NCBI RefSeq assembly: GCF_963921235.1
Contig: NC_086118.1
Coordinates: 17,424,001-17,488,000, forward strand
DNA: 64,000 bases
Reading direction: 5' to 3'
From: Mobula hypostoma
Lineage: Eukaryota
Shown here: positions 61,701-64,000 of the stretch, piece by piece
Layout: each line of letters opens with the position of its first letter
Position numbering within the stretch: position 1 is the stretch's first letter
Position numbers and translations under genes: made by a program
Notes under the pieces: model-generated
What the model was told of the DNA's origin: nothing
Databases searched by the model: none
The model's input: only the letters and a program-made list of their open reading frames with translations

Positions 61701-63355
61701 TCACTGACGGTGCAACCAACTTTACTATTTTCTTTTTCTTCCTTCTCCCCTAAATCTGTTCCAACAGTTTAGTTCCCCTCCCCGCTTGAGGAGAAGATGG
61801 CAGTGCGACGCAGCGCGCACGGTCGTTCCGAATGAATATCAATATGCGTAACTAGGGGTGCCATGCACAATCCGGATTTGATGGGGACAGCTGTGAAGCA
61901 CAGAGGAACATCTGGAGAAACGCTTGCTTTGCTGCTGCTGCTACTGTGCGATTGAGATCTCCGGAGACGAAGGCCCCAAATCCTCGGCTTTGCGTATCGC
62001 CTGCTACCGGGGCCGAGGTCAAAACGCTCGGCAGAGATGGTGCTCGGTGCTCGGTGTCAAATAGGTTGTCGGAGGCTTGGAGTTTTCGGACGGACTCGGA
62101 GTCGGACTGTAATCGAATGCTTCCGGGATGCTGCATCGGCAAGTTGGCAGCACTGAAGGTTTACCGTCCGCGTGAGATGATGGGACTTTCAAGAGCTTCT
62201 GAGACTTTTACTGTGCCATGGTCTGTTCTTATCAAATTACGGTATTACTTTGCACTGTTGTAACTATATGTTATAATTATGTGGTTTTTGTTAGTTTTTA
62301 AGTCGGTTTGTCATTTGTTTTTCGTGATATTATTCTGGAAAAACATTTTTATCATTTCTTAATGCATGCATTACTAAATAACAATAAAAGGGAACTACGT
62401 GTCCTCATAATCATAATAATCATAATCTAGTTTAAATCCACTGGAGCCTCTCTAGCAACCCTACCTGCAAGAATATTTGTCCCCCTCCAGTTTAGAGGTA
62501 AACCGTCCCTGCGGAACAGGTCCCACCTTCCCTAGAAAACTGCCCAATTATGTATAAATCTGAAGCCCTCCTTCCTGTACCATGTCTTCAGCCACATGTT
62601 GATCTGCGCTATCTTACTATTTCTAAACCCGCCTGCTCATGGTACCGGTAGCAATCCTGAGATTGCTATCCTGAAGATCCTGTCCTTTAACTTGGCACCT
62701 AACTCCCTACTCACCTTTCAGGACCTCCTCACTCTTCCTACCCACGACATTGGTCCCTACATGGACCACGACATCTGGCTGCTCACCATTCCTCTTGAGA
62801 ATACTGAGAACTCGATCCGAGATATCACGGACCTTGGCACCAGGGAGGGAACAAACCATCCGGGATTTTCGATCTCTTCCACAGAACCTCTTATCTGTCT
62901 CCCTAACTATCGAATCTCCTATCACTACTGCTCTCCTCTTTTCCCTCCTTCCCTGCTGAGCTGAGGGTCCCATCTCTGTGCCAGAGACGCAACCACTGCA
63001 ACTTGTCCCTGGTAGGTTGTCTCCATTAACAGTATCTAAAATTATATACCTACTATTGGTGGGAACGGCCACAGGGGTTCTCTGCTCATTCTGTCTATTC
63101 CCCTTCCCTCTCCTGCCAGTCACCCAGCTACCTGTCTCCTGACTCTTAGGGGTGACAATCTCCCTGTAACTCCTGCTTATTTCTGCCTCTGCCTCACGAA
63201 TGATCCAAAGTTCATCTGGCTCCAGCTCCAGTTCCCTAACTTGGTTTGTCAGGAGCTGCAGCTGGATGCACCTTTTACAGGTGTAGTCATCGGGGACGAT
63301 TGTGTTCGCCCTGACTTCCCACATACTGCAAACGGAGCACTCAACTGCCCTAACA
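58785..63355 (-). mobile_element. Near full-length CR1 LINE (ORF1 Zn finger + SGNH esterase; ORF2 EN-RT; frameshifted)
   Basis: ORF1 has CSVC...CKRC, VVIGDSIVR and VVVHVGTN. ORF2 has GVYYRSPN, SDH, NYRPVSL, GVPQGSVL, KYADD and LEYCVQFW. (taaccata)n tail. Confidence 0.96.
61788..62426 (+). mobile_element. Non-autonomous retroposon (family B) inserted between CR1 ORF1 and ORF2
   Basis: Starts gaggagaagatggc, ends aataaa...(cataat)n; homologous to 49528-50182. Confidence 0.85.
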
Positions 63356-63799
63356 ATTTTTCAATAGTTTCAGATTGAGTAGGGTGGAAGGTGCTGTGTG
63401 AAGTATCAACGCTAAAGAATGGGTCGTTTCTGCGCTGTGCATCCCACGCAATTTTTGTGGAAGAACAGTGTTTACTACTGAAGAGTTAACACAGTGCCCC
63501 ATGGACATAGAACCTGAGTCCACATTAAGAGAACTATAAAGGTTAACCAACCCAGAAATGCTGTCCAATTTGTCACTTGGCCAAACATACCTGCTACAAA
63601 TAGTTTCTTTCCAATTTGATATTTTTGCACTTCTGTGCCAAGCAAAACAATTGATGTTACAGCATCATTGATTGCAAATCATGGCTGTACAATGACAAGG
63701 CATGCCTTAGGCTTACACGTCTCTCTGACTGTTCCTTTTTTTGACAGGTTTTCTCACCAAGCATCCTTGCAACACAGGTTAACTGCATCATTGGCAAAG

Positions 63800-64000
63800 A
63801 GACAAAAATGCAAACATTGGGAAGACAGCAAACTTTCTCTCAATGTTAACAAAAGAGGTGGTCATTGACTTCAGGAAGGGGACAGTACACATGCTCCTGT
63901 CTACATTAATGGTGTCAAGGTTGGGAGAATTGAGAGCTTCAAGTTAATTGGAATGAATCTGTCATGGTCCAACCATGCTGATGTCATAGCCAAGAACGTC
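63800..64000 (+). mobile_element. Rex1-type RT fragment running off the window
   Basis: LSLNVNK..VVIDFRK..PVYING..ERIESFKLIG. Confidence 0.75.

Overview
Eukaryotic, repeat-dominated DNA. It is probably from a cartilaginous fish, inferred from the V/HE1-type SINEs and the CR1/Rex1/Penelope mix. No recognisable host protein-coding gene is present, and nearly all long ORFs come from transposons. The window holds many degenerate CR1 and Rex1/Babar LINEs, single RTE, L1 and HERO-type fragments, three decayed Ty3/Gypsy elements, six solo LTRs with target-site duplications (TSDs), two hAT MITEs, SINEs and minisatellites, often nested. The most notable signals are ribozyme-bearing retroelements. (1) A 563-bp non-coding element at 55770-56332 has an exact 11-bp TSD and starts at the predicted G1 of an HDV-like ribozyme with an extra hairpin in L3. 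(2) A 5.6-kb head-to-head dimer of a Neptune-type Penelope element (RT + GIY-YIG, 35545-41119) is one insertion with a 15-bp TSD and minimal hammerhead motifs. (3) A 229-bp collapsed palindromic version of the same architecture lies at 58056-58284 with an exact 14-bp TSD. All calls were made by eye; boundaries without a TSD are approximate.
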